The notes under the pieces: model-generated
Databases searched by the model: none
Told to the model about the DNA's origin: nothing
Seen by the model: the letters and a program-made list of their open reading frames with translations, nothing else
Shown here: one piece after another, positions 53,904 to 60,834 of the stretch
Layout of the letters: every line of letters begins with the position of its first letter
Position numbering within the stretch: position 1 is the stretch's first letter
Position numbers and translations under genes: made by a program
Assembly (NCBI GenBank): GCA_040377305.1
Contig: JBEIPA010000014.1
Span: forward strand, 32,001 to 96,000
DNA: 64,000 bases
Source of the DNA: Flavobacteriales bacterium
GTDB lineage: Bacteria; Bacteroidota; Bacteroidia; Palsa-965
Direction: 5' to 3'

Positions 53904-54419
53904 CTACTGTTCAGTACCATGAAGCCAGAATCGCGATACTGGTTTACTGCCGCGTTCATCTATATTTTTGTCTATCTCTTCGTCAAAGAAATAATAAATT
54001 CTGTTTCCGGGAAGCGAAAAACTTTGGCAGGACCATGCTTGAATTGGAATTACTTCACTGCTTCCGCTATTCCCACTTAGTGTGTAAATGATTTCCTCCA
54101 GCAAAAGCGTGTTGAATGAATTATTGATAATCATCACCGAATCGGAATCATAGGTTTTTGTTATCTCGTTTCCATCGGCGAGCATATAACTGAAAGTTCC
54201 GAAAGCGCGGTAAGTAGAAACTTCATTCTCTGCGTCAACAATATACAGTCGCCCGACTCCGAACATCAGTCCCGCAAACAATACACCTGCAAGAAATAGT
54301 CCGACCACAAAACCCTGGCGGCTTTTCATTTTTGTCCGGATGAACCACGAAACACCCCAGAAAATTGCGATGGTAAAAAGTGAGACGAGAATAGTGTAAA
54401 TGATATTGTTGATCAGCAT
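53904..54419 (-). CDS. hypothetical membrane protein
   Basis: Two TM helices; ATG at 54419 lies downstream of the rtcB terminator. Confidence 0.6.
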   Translation of the reverse strand: MLINNIIYTILVSLFTIAIFWGVSWFIRTKMKSRQGFVVGLFLAGVLFAGLMFGVGRLYIVDAENEVSTYRAFGTFSYMLADGNEITKTYDSDSVMIINNSFNTLLLEEIIYTLSGNSGSSEVIPIQAWSCQSFSLPGNRIYYFFDEEIDKNIDERGSKPVSRFWLHGTEQ

Positions 54420-54433
54420 GCAGGCAAAAGGTA

Positions 54434-54476
54434 TAAAAAAAGGTCCAGACAACACCAGGTCATCCGGACTCTTTTC
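54434..54476 (-). terminator. intrinsic terminator ending the rtcB operon
   Basis: Minus strand GTCCGGATGAC...GTTGTCTGGAC followed by CTTTTTTT, just after the rtcB stop. Confidence 0.7.
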
Positions 54477-54481
54477 ATTCT

Positions 54482-55885
54482 TTACCCATCCATTCGCACG
54501 ATACGCGGACTGAACTTTCCTACGATGTCGACTAAATCAACTTGCGCCTCCATCACCTGAAAAATGTCTTTGTACGCATGTGGCGATTCATCCAGACCAC
54601 CACCGATTAACGTCACGTTATTTTCTTTCAGCACAGATTTCATCTCTGCATTCGTTACGTTTTTCATTGCTGCTGTACGCGACATTTTACGTCCCGCTCC
54701 ATGAGAAGCAGAGTTGATGGAAATGCTCGCACCTTTTCCGCGTACAATGAATCCCGGTGCAGTCATCGATCCCGGAATAATTCCGAGAACGCCTTTGCCG
54801 GCAGGTGTTGCACCTTTACGATGCACGATTACATCTTTGCCGTTGAATTTTTCTTTCCATGCAAAGTTGTGGTGGTTTTCTACCATCGCGATGGGTTCAA
54901 CACCAAGCGCAGCTGCAATCTTCTCGTGAATTTTGTGATGACACGCCGAAGCATAATCACCAGCGAGATTCATTGCAAGCCAATACTCTTGTCCTTCCTG
55001 AGTTGAAAGATCAAGCCACGCAAGATGTTTTGCTTCCTGCGGCAAACGACATTTCTCCATTGCCACTTTCGTGTAATGGTTCGCAATCGTTGCGCCAAGT
55101 CCGCGCGAACCGGAATGCGACAACAACGCGAGGTATCGACCTAATGGAAGATTGAACTCGTTGTTCTCATCGCTGATATCAACAACTCCGAATTCCACAA
55201 AGTGATTTCCCGAACCGGATGTTCCCATTTGCTTCACTGCTTTCAGCTGCAGACCTTTCAGCAATGGAATTTCATCGAACAACTTTCGGTCAGTCACTTC
55301 AAACTCTTTGTTCTCCTTGAACTCTTGTCCTGAACCAAAGAGTGTATTATCCGTAAGCACTTTGTAAAGTCCGCGCGAGTCGGTGTCGATGATCTCGTGC
55401 GGAGTCGGAAAAATACTCAGGCACATTCGGCAACCGATGTCGACGCCAACTCCATAAGGAATAATTGCGTTTTCCGTAGCGAGTACACCACCGATCGGCA
55501 ATCCATAACCCTGATGCGCATCCGGCATCAAAGCACCGGCAACTGCAACCGGCAAACGAATTGCCACATCCATTTGTTTACGCGCACCATCTTCGATCTG
55601 ATCTCCACCGTAAATTGCGTAAGATCCTTGTTCGATGCGCAATGCAATTTCGGGACCTTCCGCTTCTTTCGGCTTTTCCGTCAACGCATCCGCAATCGCA
55701 GCGAGGTTCGTGTCGTCGAGATAATCCGCAGGTGCAGCAAGAATATTTTTCAGCATCTCCATCACATCTTCACGTGATGATTTGCGGTAATACTTTTCAA
55801 TGATGTTGAGGGCAATTCCCACAACGCGTCCTTGTTTGTATCCAAGTTCGCGAAGGTGATCTCCGGTGATGTTTAATTTGTTCAT
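54482..55885 (-). CDS. rtcB: RNA 2',3'-cyclic phosphate/5'-OH ligase RtcB with N-terminal extension
   Basis: MPDAHQGYGLPIGGV, GVDIGC, GNHFVE, HSGSRG, HHN, HRKGATPA, PGSM, SHGAGR and DESPHAYK motifs. Confidence 0.96.
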   Translation of the reverse strand: MNKLNITGDHLRELGYKQGRVVGIALNIIEKYYRKSSREDVMEMLKNILAAPADYLDDTNLAAIADALTEKPKEAEGPEIALRIEQGSYAIYGGDQIEDGARKQMDVAIRLPVAVAGALMPDAHQGYGLPIGGVLATENAIIPYGVGVDIGCRMCLSIFPTPHEIIDTDSRGLYKVLTDNTLFGSGQEFKENKEFEVTDRKLFDEIPLLKGLQLKAVKQMGTSGSGNHFVEFGVVDISDENNEFNLPLGRYLALLSHSGSRGLGATIANHYTKVAMEKCRLPQEAKHLAWLDLSTQEGQEYWLAMNLAGDYASACHHKIHEKIAAALGVEPIAMVENHHNFAWKEKFNGKDVIVHRKGATPAGKGVLGIIPGSMTAPGFIVRGKGASISINSASHGAGRKMSRTAAMKNVTNAEMKSVLKENNVTLIGGGLDESPHAYKDIFQVMEAQVDLVDIVGKFSPRIVRMDG

Positions 55886-56514
55886 TTTACTAATTGTATT
55901 TCTTGTGTAACATAAATTCGAGGTTGTTCAACTTTATTTGTTGACTCGAATTTCATAGCGATGATTTCTTCGCAAGCGCGAGTAATGTGCACAACCATTT
56001 CATCGACATTAATATTTAATATCCCGTCTGCACGAAGAATTGTACCTCCACCTTGCGCATGTGAAAACCTGAGTTTGCCCTTTGGGGCAAAACAGTGAAC
56101 TAAGCCGCATCGCATTTCATCATATAGATCAAATGTTCCATTGGATTCTGCTTTTAAATACGCTCGATAATCCTTAAGAGATGCGAGATTCCGAATGGAG
56201 CGCTCAAAGTCCTCACGAACAGTGCCCGATTTATCCCAAACTGTTGGGGAATTTTCATTTATACACTTTCCGAAGAATTCAATTGCCGAACTCATGCAAA
56301 TTGCCCCGAGCCATGGCGATACTTTAACCACAGCTTGCATTTCGTCAATAAGTACAGTCCGCATAAATTGCTTAGTTGGAATGGGCATCTGCACAACAAA
56401 ATGTGATTTATCATCAGTAAAGCCAAAGACAACATTTTTCATTTGTTCATCCGTGAAAAGGTGCTTTCGTTGAAACTCTTGAAGGATCGATTGAACTGAT
56501 ATTTCTTTCATCAT
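55882..56514 (-). CDS. putative HEPN-domain protein
   Basis: SSAIEFFG helix followed by MRCGLVH (Rx4H); ATGA overlap with rtcB. Confidence 0.6.
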   Translation of the reverse strand: MMKEISVQSILQEFQRKHLFTDEQMKNVVFGFTDDKSHFVVQMPIPTKQFMRTVLIDEMQAVVKVSPWLGAICMSSAIEFFGKCINENSPTVWDKSGTVREDFERSIRNLASLKDYRAYLKAESNGTFDLYDEMRCGLVHCFAPKGKLRFSHAQGGGTILRADGILNINVDEMVVHITRACEEIIAMKFESTNKVEQPRIYVTQEIQLVK

Positions 56515-56552
56515 GATTATTCTATACTAATCAATTTACAAAATTTGTTTTG

Positions 56553-56623
56553 ACGACCGACAGGGATTCGAACCCCGATCCTCAGATTCGTATTCTGAGA
56601 TTCTTCCGTTGAACTATCGATCG
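56553..56623 (-). tRNA. tRNA-Arg(ACG), no encoded CCA
   Basis: CGATCGA/TCGGTCG acceptor, TCAGA-ATACGAA-TCTGA anticodon arm, GGTTCGAATCC T arm. Confidence 0.85.
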
Positions 56624-56630
56624 AAATACA

Positions 56631-56653
56631 GTGTCGGGATACGATCCCGACAC
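56631..56653. repeat. small palindrome GTGTCGGGAT-ACG-ATCCCGACAC (related copies near 58529-58553 and 58651-58671)
   Basis: 10-bp perfect stem; the motif recurs within this locus. Confidence 0.65.
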
Positions 56654-56656
56654 CTC

Positions 56657-56788
56657 ACAGGCAAAAAGCGAAAAGAGACTGTTTGCATTGCTCTACCACT
56701 GAGCTACACACAACTTTCGCTATGTGGCCGGATTCGAACCGGCGTCCCATGGATTGGAAGTCGAAGTAACTCTTTTCTACGGCACTGT
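56657..56788 (-). ncRNA. Y RNA of YrlA type (Y1): Ro-binding-like stem plus circularly permuted tRNA domain
   Basis: Order is T arm (GCCGGTTCGAATCCGGC), GAAA-capped acceptor stem (CACATAGC GAAA GTTGTGTG), D arm (TAGCTCAGTGGTAGAGC), enclosed by a terminal stem; lies near the TROVE gene. Confidence 0.88.
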
Positions 56789-56794
56789 TCATTG

Positions 56795-56868
56795 GGTGTT
56801 AGATCGGTTTCGATCCGATTACCTCTTGCTTCACAAGCAAGCGCTCTCCCGAGTGAGCTACAAACACC
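56795..56868 (-). tRNA. tRNA-His(GTG) with G-1:C73 and atypical T loop (ATCGAAA)
   Basis: CTTGC-TTGTGAA-GCAAG anticodon arm; 8-position acceptor with one mismatch. Confidence 0.8.
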
Positions 56869-56873
56869 GTGTT

Positions 56874-56957
56874 CAGTAGGCAGTTTGGCAGTAGTGCAGT
56901 TGGCAGTCAAAATATAATTCTCTGACTGCCTACTGCCCAACTGCTTACTGCCTACTG
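56874..56957. repeat. REP-like imperfect palindrome of GGCAGT units (second copy at 58336-58421)
   Basis: cagtaggcag...gactgcctactg arms; near-identical architecture in both copies. Confidence 0.75.
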
Positions 56958-56963
56958 TTCTTG

Positions 56964-57037
56964 TACTCTGTGTGGGATTCGAACCCACGTGATCTGGTCG
57001 AAAACCAGATATACTAGACCAACTATATGAACAGAGC
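56964..57037 (-). tRNA. tRNA-Glu(TTC), no CCA
   Basis: GCTCTGT/ACAGAGT acceptor, TCTGG-TTTTCGA-CCAGA anticodon arm, GTGGGTTCGAATCCCAC T arm. Confidence 0.85.
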
Positions 57038-57039
57038 CT

Positions 57040-57117
57040 GATTGATTTGCGGATGACGCGCCGGGTTCTCTCCTTTGGAGAGTTAGAGAGGCGCGGCGCG
57101 TAATCCGCAAATCAATC
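57040..57117. repeat. long spacer hairpin between tRNAs
   Basis: gattgatttgcggat.acgcgccg / cggcgcgt.atccgcaaatcaatc. Confidence 0.75.
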
Positions 57118-57122
57118 TTCAG

Positions 57123-57196
57123 TCGCGACAGCAGGATTCGAACCTACATCTTCTCCAGTCCAAGTGGAGAGGCTTAGCCAATTAGCCGACCTCGCG
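57123..57196 (-). tRNA. tRNA-Pro(TGG), no CCA
   Basis: CTCCA-CTTGGAC-TGGAG anticodon arm, GTAGGTTCGAATCCTGC T arm, C1:G72 and A73. Confidence 0.82.
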
Positions 57197-57285
57197 ATGT
57201 TGATTAGCTGATTTTTAATTTCTGATTTCTGATGCTGAAAGGTGTTACCCCAAGAGCTAATCAAAAATCAGCTAATCCTATTTAT

Positions 57286-57390
57286 TGTGAGGAAAAAATC
57301 ACAGAAAAGACGAAAGCGCCATCTTTCGATGTCAGGATTCGAACCTGTTTCTTCCTGCCACGAAGTATCTCTTCTGTTACGTCACTCACA
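57286..57390 (-). ncRNA. Y-like RNA Y2: shared scaffold plus T arm and GAAA mini-hairpin
   Basis: TGTGAG-TGACGTA-ACAGAAGAG-ATACTTCG...CAGGTTCGAATCCTG...CTTTTCTGT-GATTTTTTC-CTCACA. Confidence 0.78.
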
Positions 57391-57418
57391 AACTCAAAGA
57401 ACAAATTCAATTTCAAAA

Positions 57419-57513
57419 TAAGCGGGCAAAAGTCAATCAGAGTCTGCCGGGATTTGAACCCGCGTCTTTCGACTTTCTACCAAAGAAGTATCTCTGATTT
57501 ACGGCACCGTTTA
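57419..57513 (-). ncRNA. Y-like RNA Y3: shared scaffold plus D-loop-like TGGTAGA, GAAA hairpin and T arm
   Basis: TAAACGG-TGCCGTA-AATCAGAG-ATACTTC...CGGGTTCAAATCCCG...CTCTGATT-GACTTTTGC-CCGCTTA. Confidence 0.78.
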
Positions 57514-57523
57514 CTTTTAACTA

Positions 57524-58051
57524 TTATCTCGTCGGGATCTTCAATCCCATTTTCTTCATCGCAAGCAATGCTTCTGCATTTCCGATTGCGTCGTTGACCG
57601 GGTTGTGATCATGACGCGTTTTGCGAAACAATCGCTTCCACTCGCTGTTCAGTCCTCCATCCATTTTCATTCCACAATACAGATCACCGATTCGTCTGCC
57701 TGAAAATCCAAACGGATTTTTTCCCAGGTAGAAATGGAAGTAATAATTAATCCACTGCCAATCGAACGCGAGGTTATCGCTGATGAATATTGCTTTGCCG
57801 TCGGATGTTGCGTTCAACCATTCGGAGAAACGTTTCATCACTTCGGCGGGCTCCTCGAACGACTCGTGTTGCCCGCGTGTGAAACCACTTACTGCAAGTG
57901 CATCCGGAATCCATTCTTTGGAAATTGGTTGCGTCTTTCCGTAGAATGTTTTCGCGAGTGTGGGTTCTATCACCACTGCACCGAAGCAAACCATCGAATA
58001 TTTATTTGGGATGGGCCCATCGGCCTCTACATCCACTACTATGTAACTCAT
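57524..58051 (-). CDS. DEDDh 3'-5' exoribonuclease (Rv2179c/RNase AS-like)
   Basis: VDVEADGP, SDNLAFD and HNPVNDA motifs; likely start MSYIVVD. Confidence 0.85.
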   Translation of the reverse strand: MSYIVVDVEADGPIPNKYSMVCFGAVVIEPTLAKTFYGKTQPISKEWIPDALAVSGFTRGQHESFEEPAEVMKRFSEWLNATSDGKAIFISDNLAFDWQWINYYFHFYLGKNPFGFSGRRIGDLYCGMKMDGGLNSEWKRLFRKTRHDHNPVNDAIGNAEALLAMKKMGLKIPTR

Positions 58052-58083
58052 TTTGTTTTTGTTTTTAATCAATTTAATAATTT

Positions 58084-58156
58084 AAGCTGGCAACAAACTC
58101 GCAGAGGTTTTGGTCTAATTAACAGTTAGAAGTAACTCTGCAATACGGCACAGCTT
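58084..58156 (-). ncRNA. Y-like RNA Y4: minimal scaffold with only a short hairpin insert
   Basis: AAGCTG-TGCCGTA-TTGCAGAG-TTACTTC...CTCTGCGA-GTTTGTTGC-CAGCTT. Confidence 0.75.
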
Positions 58157-58214
58157 GCCGATGTGCCGATTTCCAATATGCCAATATGCCGATTGGAAAT
58201 ACCTCAATAAAATT

Positions 58215-58332
58215 CGGAAGCAAAAAACGATTCGGGTGGGGCGTCGCAATGAGGATTTGCACCTCTTCCTGGTTTTTACATCAGGACCCTTGCCCCCTGT
58301 CGAGCGAAGTATCCCGGCTCTACGGCATTCCG
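58215..58332 (-). ncRNA. Y-like RNA Y5: scaffold plus D-armless tRNA-like insert
   Basis: CGGAA-TGCCGTA-GAGCCGGG-ATACTTCG...TCCTGA/CCAGGA hairpin, GAGG-TGCAAAT-CCTC T arm...CCCGAATC-GTTTTTTGC-TTCCG. Confidence 0.75.
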
Positions 58333-58335
58333 TTT

Positions 58336-58421
58336 CAGTAGGCCGTTTGGCAGGCGTTCAGTAGGCAGTCAAAATTTATTCCTAATGACTGCCGACTGCA
58401 CTACCGCACTACTGCCTACTG
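58336..58421. repeat. REP-like GGCAGT palindrome, second copy
   Basis: Similar to 56874-56957. Confidence 0.72.
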
Positions 58422-58426
58422 ATTAA

Positions 58427-58646
58427 ACAACGGTAACTGGCAACAAGTCTGCTTTCTGCTTTCACAGAATACGGCCGTCCTATTTCTGTATTGCTACAGA
58501 CAGTTGACTGGTAATCATCATCCGCATGGTGTCAGGATCTGAAATCCTGATACTGCGCACTCAGATTAACGTTCGCGAACCACAGTTACCCGTGCATCAC
58601 TACCTTAGGACCGTTATCGAAGTATGACCCGTTTACGACACGTTGT
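58427..58646 (-). ncRNA. Y-like RNA Y6: scaffold plus about 170-nt insert containing 23S rRNA H69/H70-like sequence
   Basis: ACAACG-TGTCGTA-AACGGGTC-ATACTTCG-ATAACGGTCCTAAGGTAG...CGGCCGTA...GACTTGTT-GCCAGTTAC-CGTTGT. Confidence 0.75.
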
Positions 58647-58686
58647 GTGATGTCAGGATCCTATCCTGACAGTGCACATAATTTTT

Positions 58687-58696
58687 TCAAAGAACG
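58687..58696 (-). promoter_or_regulatory. boxA-like antitermination motif (CGTTCTTTGA); second copy at 57394-57403
   Basis: GTTCTTTGA occurs ahead of or inside the ncRNA blocks that follow TROVE and the exonuclease. Confidence 0.5.
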
Positions 58697-58766
58697 TTTG
58701 TACTAACCAAGCCGTCGGGCGACCTCTCCTTCAGTGCAATTTCCGAAGGAGAGGCGTAGCCGTAAA

Positions 58767-60281
58767 CTACAACTCGAGTTGTTTTATCATCGCGATTGCA
58801 TCTGTACCGTTTTCTGCAGCATACAATACGTCGAACACTTTATCTGACCAGCCCGCGATGAGTGTTACATCGTCGCGCTGCACACTGATTGGTGTGTTAC
58901 CGTAACCTGCGAGGTCGAACAAGTACAGTTTCGCCATTGGCGCAATCTGTTTGTATTCTTTCCACGCCGTCTGCAACGAATCACCGTCAGCTTTGGTATT
59001 CCACATCTGGCAGTCAGTGAACATCATCACTTTGTCCATCACAACATTGCGCTGAACAAGATCTTTGATCACCAGGTAACCATTTGTGGCGTAACCAACT
59101 TCACCTTCCCGCTTGTAGTACTCATCAACATTCGCAAGTACTCCACGGTTAGGCATGTTGATTACCTTCCAGCGATCTCCGAACATTCCGGAAACCACTC
59201 GTTCACACTTGCTCTGCATCAGCATACCCAGTACCAGACCGATATCGAACAAATACACTTTGCTCTTCGCCGAGATTGGTTTCTGCATTGAACCCGAAAC
59301 GTCACACGCAATCAACACACGTGTTTTGTAATCGAATCCGCTGATGTTTTTCGCTGAAGCTACAATTGCATCTTCCAGCGCGTTAAGTATCATCGACACG
59401 TAATCAGCTTTCAGCACTTTCACTTCACGGTATGCAGACAGGAAACGGAATGGCAACTGCTTCGATTTCGCAACCTGGTTTGCATCAGAAAGCGTATCAC
59501 ACACTTTTTTGATTGCATCCCATGATACACCCGCTTCAATCATGTTACGGATGTTACGCAACATCGCCATGTATCCCAGCTTACCGCTGAAGATCAGTTC
59601 TTCCCATTTCGCACGAACCGCAAGCTCTTTTGCTTTTGCATCAGCGAATTTTTGCTGACCCAAAGCAGAAAGTTCAGTTTCCCAGGTATAAGCAACAGAC
59701 AGCTCTTTCGCAGCGATCTTGTTGAAGACTGCTTGCTGTTCATCACTTTTCGCTTTCGGGTGAACAAGGAACAATGCATCACGCAACGTTACTGCCGCTT
59801 CACGGTTGTATTTCGAGAACTGGTATTCATCAAAACGATTGAACGCCTTTGCGAGTCCTTTCTGTACCTGTTTCGAAAGCTTGTTCAGTTTCTTAGTTCC
59901 CGAACGGTTGTTCGCCAGTTGGTAGTAAGCCAGAAGCTCAGTGATCTCATCAGCACGCTGAACGACACCGTTCACCGCTTTGGATACAACTATATTTCCG
60001 GAGTTACGTTTTGCAAGTTCGACTGCAAGCACCTGTGGAATAGAACGCATGTACATTTTGTTACGTGCATACACCGCAAGCTTCGCCACGAATTCAGCAT
60101 CTGTCTTCTCCATGAGATCCACGATACGTTGAAGACGCTCGTTTCCTTTCTCATAGAACGAATCGCTCAGTCCTGCGGTTACTACCGCTGAATACAGTTC
60201 GAGCTCAGGAGTCATTGCGAATGCTTTTGCGCCTTCGTAATTAGTGACTGCTGTTTTACGTTTGAAGATGTTGAATTTCAT
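58767..60281 (-). CDS. rsr: TROVE domain protein (Ro60/Rsr orthologue) with vWA domain
   Basis: NYEGAKAF, YARNKMYMRS, TWE, GYMAMLRNIRN, QLPFRFLSAY, MIDAS DVSGSM and AGWSD motifs. Confidence 0.93.
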   Translation of the reverse strand: MKFNIFKRKTAVTNYEGAKAFAMTPELELYSAVVTAGLSDSFYEKGNERLQRIVDLMEKTDAEFVAKLAVYARNKMYMRSIPQVLAVELAKRNSGNIVVSKAVNGVVQRADEITELLAYYQLANNRSGTKKLNKLSKQVQKGLAKAFNRFDEYQFSKYNREAAVTLRDALFLVHPKAKSDEQQAVFNKIAAKELSVAYTWETELSALGQQKFADAKAKELAVRAKWEELIFSGKLGYMAMLRNIRNMIEAGVSWDAIKKVCDTLSDANQVAKSKQLPFRFLSAYREVKVLKADYVSMILNALEDAIVASAKNISGFDYKTRVLIACDVSGSMQKPISAKSKVYLFDIGLVLGMLMQSKCERVVSGMFGDRWKVINMPNRGVLANVDEYYKREGEVGYATNGYLVIKDLVQRNVVMDKVMMFTDCQMWNTKADGDSLQTAWKEYKQIAPMAKLYLFDLAGYGNTPISVQRDDVTLIAGWSDKVFDVLYAAENGTDAIAMIKQLEL

Positions 60282-60327
60282 GACTGTTTGTTTTAATTGT
60301 TATTGACGCTGCAAATGTTTTACTCAT

Positions 60328-60348
60328 CTACGCAATGGTCTTGCGCAG
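60328..60348. promoter_or_regulatory. palindromic operator CTACGCAA-N5-TTGCGCAG upstream of the TROVE gene
   Basis: Matches 61490-61510; lies 8 nt from a -7-like box AACATTTG (60312-60319, minus). Confidence 0.72.
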
Positions 60349-60434
60349 TTCGATTTATTTTAACTTTTTGTTTTAATCGCCTGATTTTCAGTTGGCATTA
60401 ATTCGTTTTTTCAATCGCAACATTTATTGCGGCG

Positions 60435-60507
60435 TTGGAAAGGAAGGGCTCGAACCTTCGACCTTGTGCGTATAAGGCACGTGCTCTTACCACTGAGCTA
60501 CTCTCCA
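60435..60507 (-). tRNA. tRNA-Ile(TAT), rare anticodon, no CCA
   Basis: TGGAGAG/CTTTCCA acceptor, GTGC-CTTATAC-GCAC anticodon arm, GAAGGTTCGAGCCCTTC T arm. Confidence 0.85.
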
Positions 60508-60514
60508 AGTCTTG

Positions 60515-60586
60515 CGGCGCGGATTGGACTTGAACCAATATAATCTCCCTTAACAGGGGAGAGCTCTACCATTGAGCTACCAGGCC
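60515..60586 (-). tRNA. tRNA-Asn(GTT), no CCA
   Basis: CTCCC-CTGTTAA-GGGAG anticodon arm, ATTGGTTCAAGTCCAAT T arm, G73. Confidence 0.85.
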
Positions 60587-60591
60587 ATTTG

Positions 60592-60664
60592 CGGTAACGA
60601 TGGGATTCGAACCCACAACTTTCCGATAGACAATCGGACGCTCTAGCCGTTGAACTACGCTACC
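60592..60664 (-). tRNA. tRNA-Asp(GTC), no CCA
   Basis: GGTAGCG/CGTTACC acceptor, TCCGA-TTGTCTA-TCGGA anticodon arm, G73. Confidence 0.87.
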
Positions 60665-60669
60665 ATTTG

Positions 60670-60742
60670 TGGACAAGGAAGGAATTGAACCTTCATCTTC
60701 TGATCTTCAGTCAGCCGCATTCACCGCGTTTGCTACCTGTCC
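60670..60742 (-). tRNA. tRNA-Phe(GAA), no CCA
   Basis: GGACAGG/CTTGTCC acceptor, CTGA-CTGAAGA-TCAG anticodon arm, GAAGGTTCAATTCCTTC T arm. Confidence 0.8.
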
Positions 60743-60748
60743 GTTTTG

Positions 60749-60822
60749 TTGACCCACCAGGGCTCGAACCTGGAACCCCCACTTTAAAAGAGCGGTGCAT
60801 CTAACCATTGAGCTATGGATCA
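60749..60822 (-). tRNA. tRNA-Lys(TTT), no CCA
   Basis: TGATCCA/TGGGTCA acceptor, CCGCT-CTTTTAA-AGTGG anticodon arm, CCAGGTTCGAGCCCTGG T arm. Confidence 0.86.
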
Positions 60823-60834
60823 ATATTTCTTCGC

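Noticed and set aside
56689-56745. Ordinary tRNA gene
   Set aside because: The T arm precedes the D arm and the acceptor is closed by a GAAA loop, so it is a YrlA-type mimic
56609-57597. ORFs 56609-56917, 56704-56988 and 57232-57597 (also 58155-58364 and 60972-61229)
   Set aside because: They overlap tRNAs, Y-like RNAs or attenuators and have no protein-like features
56657-58646. Recurring GAAGTA...TACGGCAC motif read as a CRISPR array
   Set aside because: Spacing is irregular, the repeats covary as RNA stems rather than being identical, genes and tRNAs are interleaved, and there are no cas genes
58427-58646. rRNA gene fragment, group I intron or hammerhead ribozyme
   Set aside because: Only short segments match 23S and they are in permuted order; no CUGANGA core with a matching GAAA/UH junction or group I core motifs were seen
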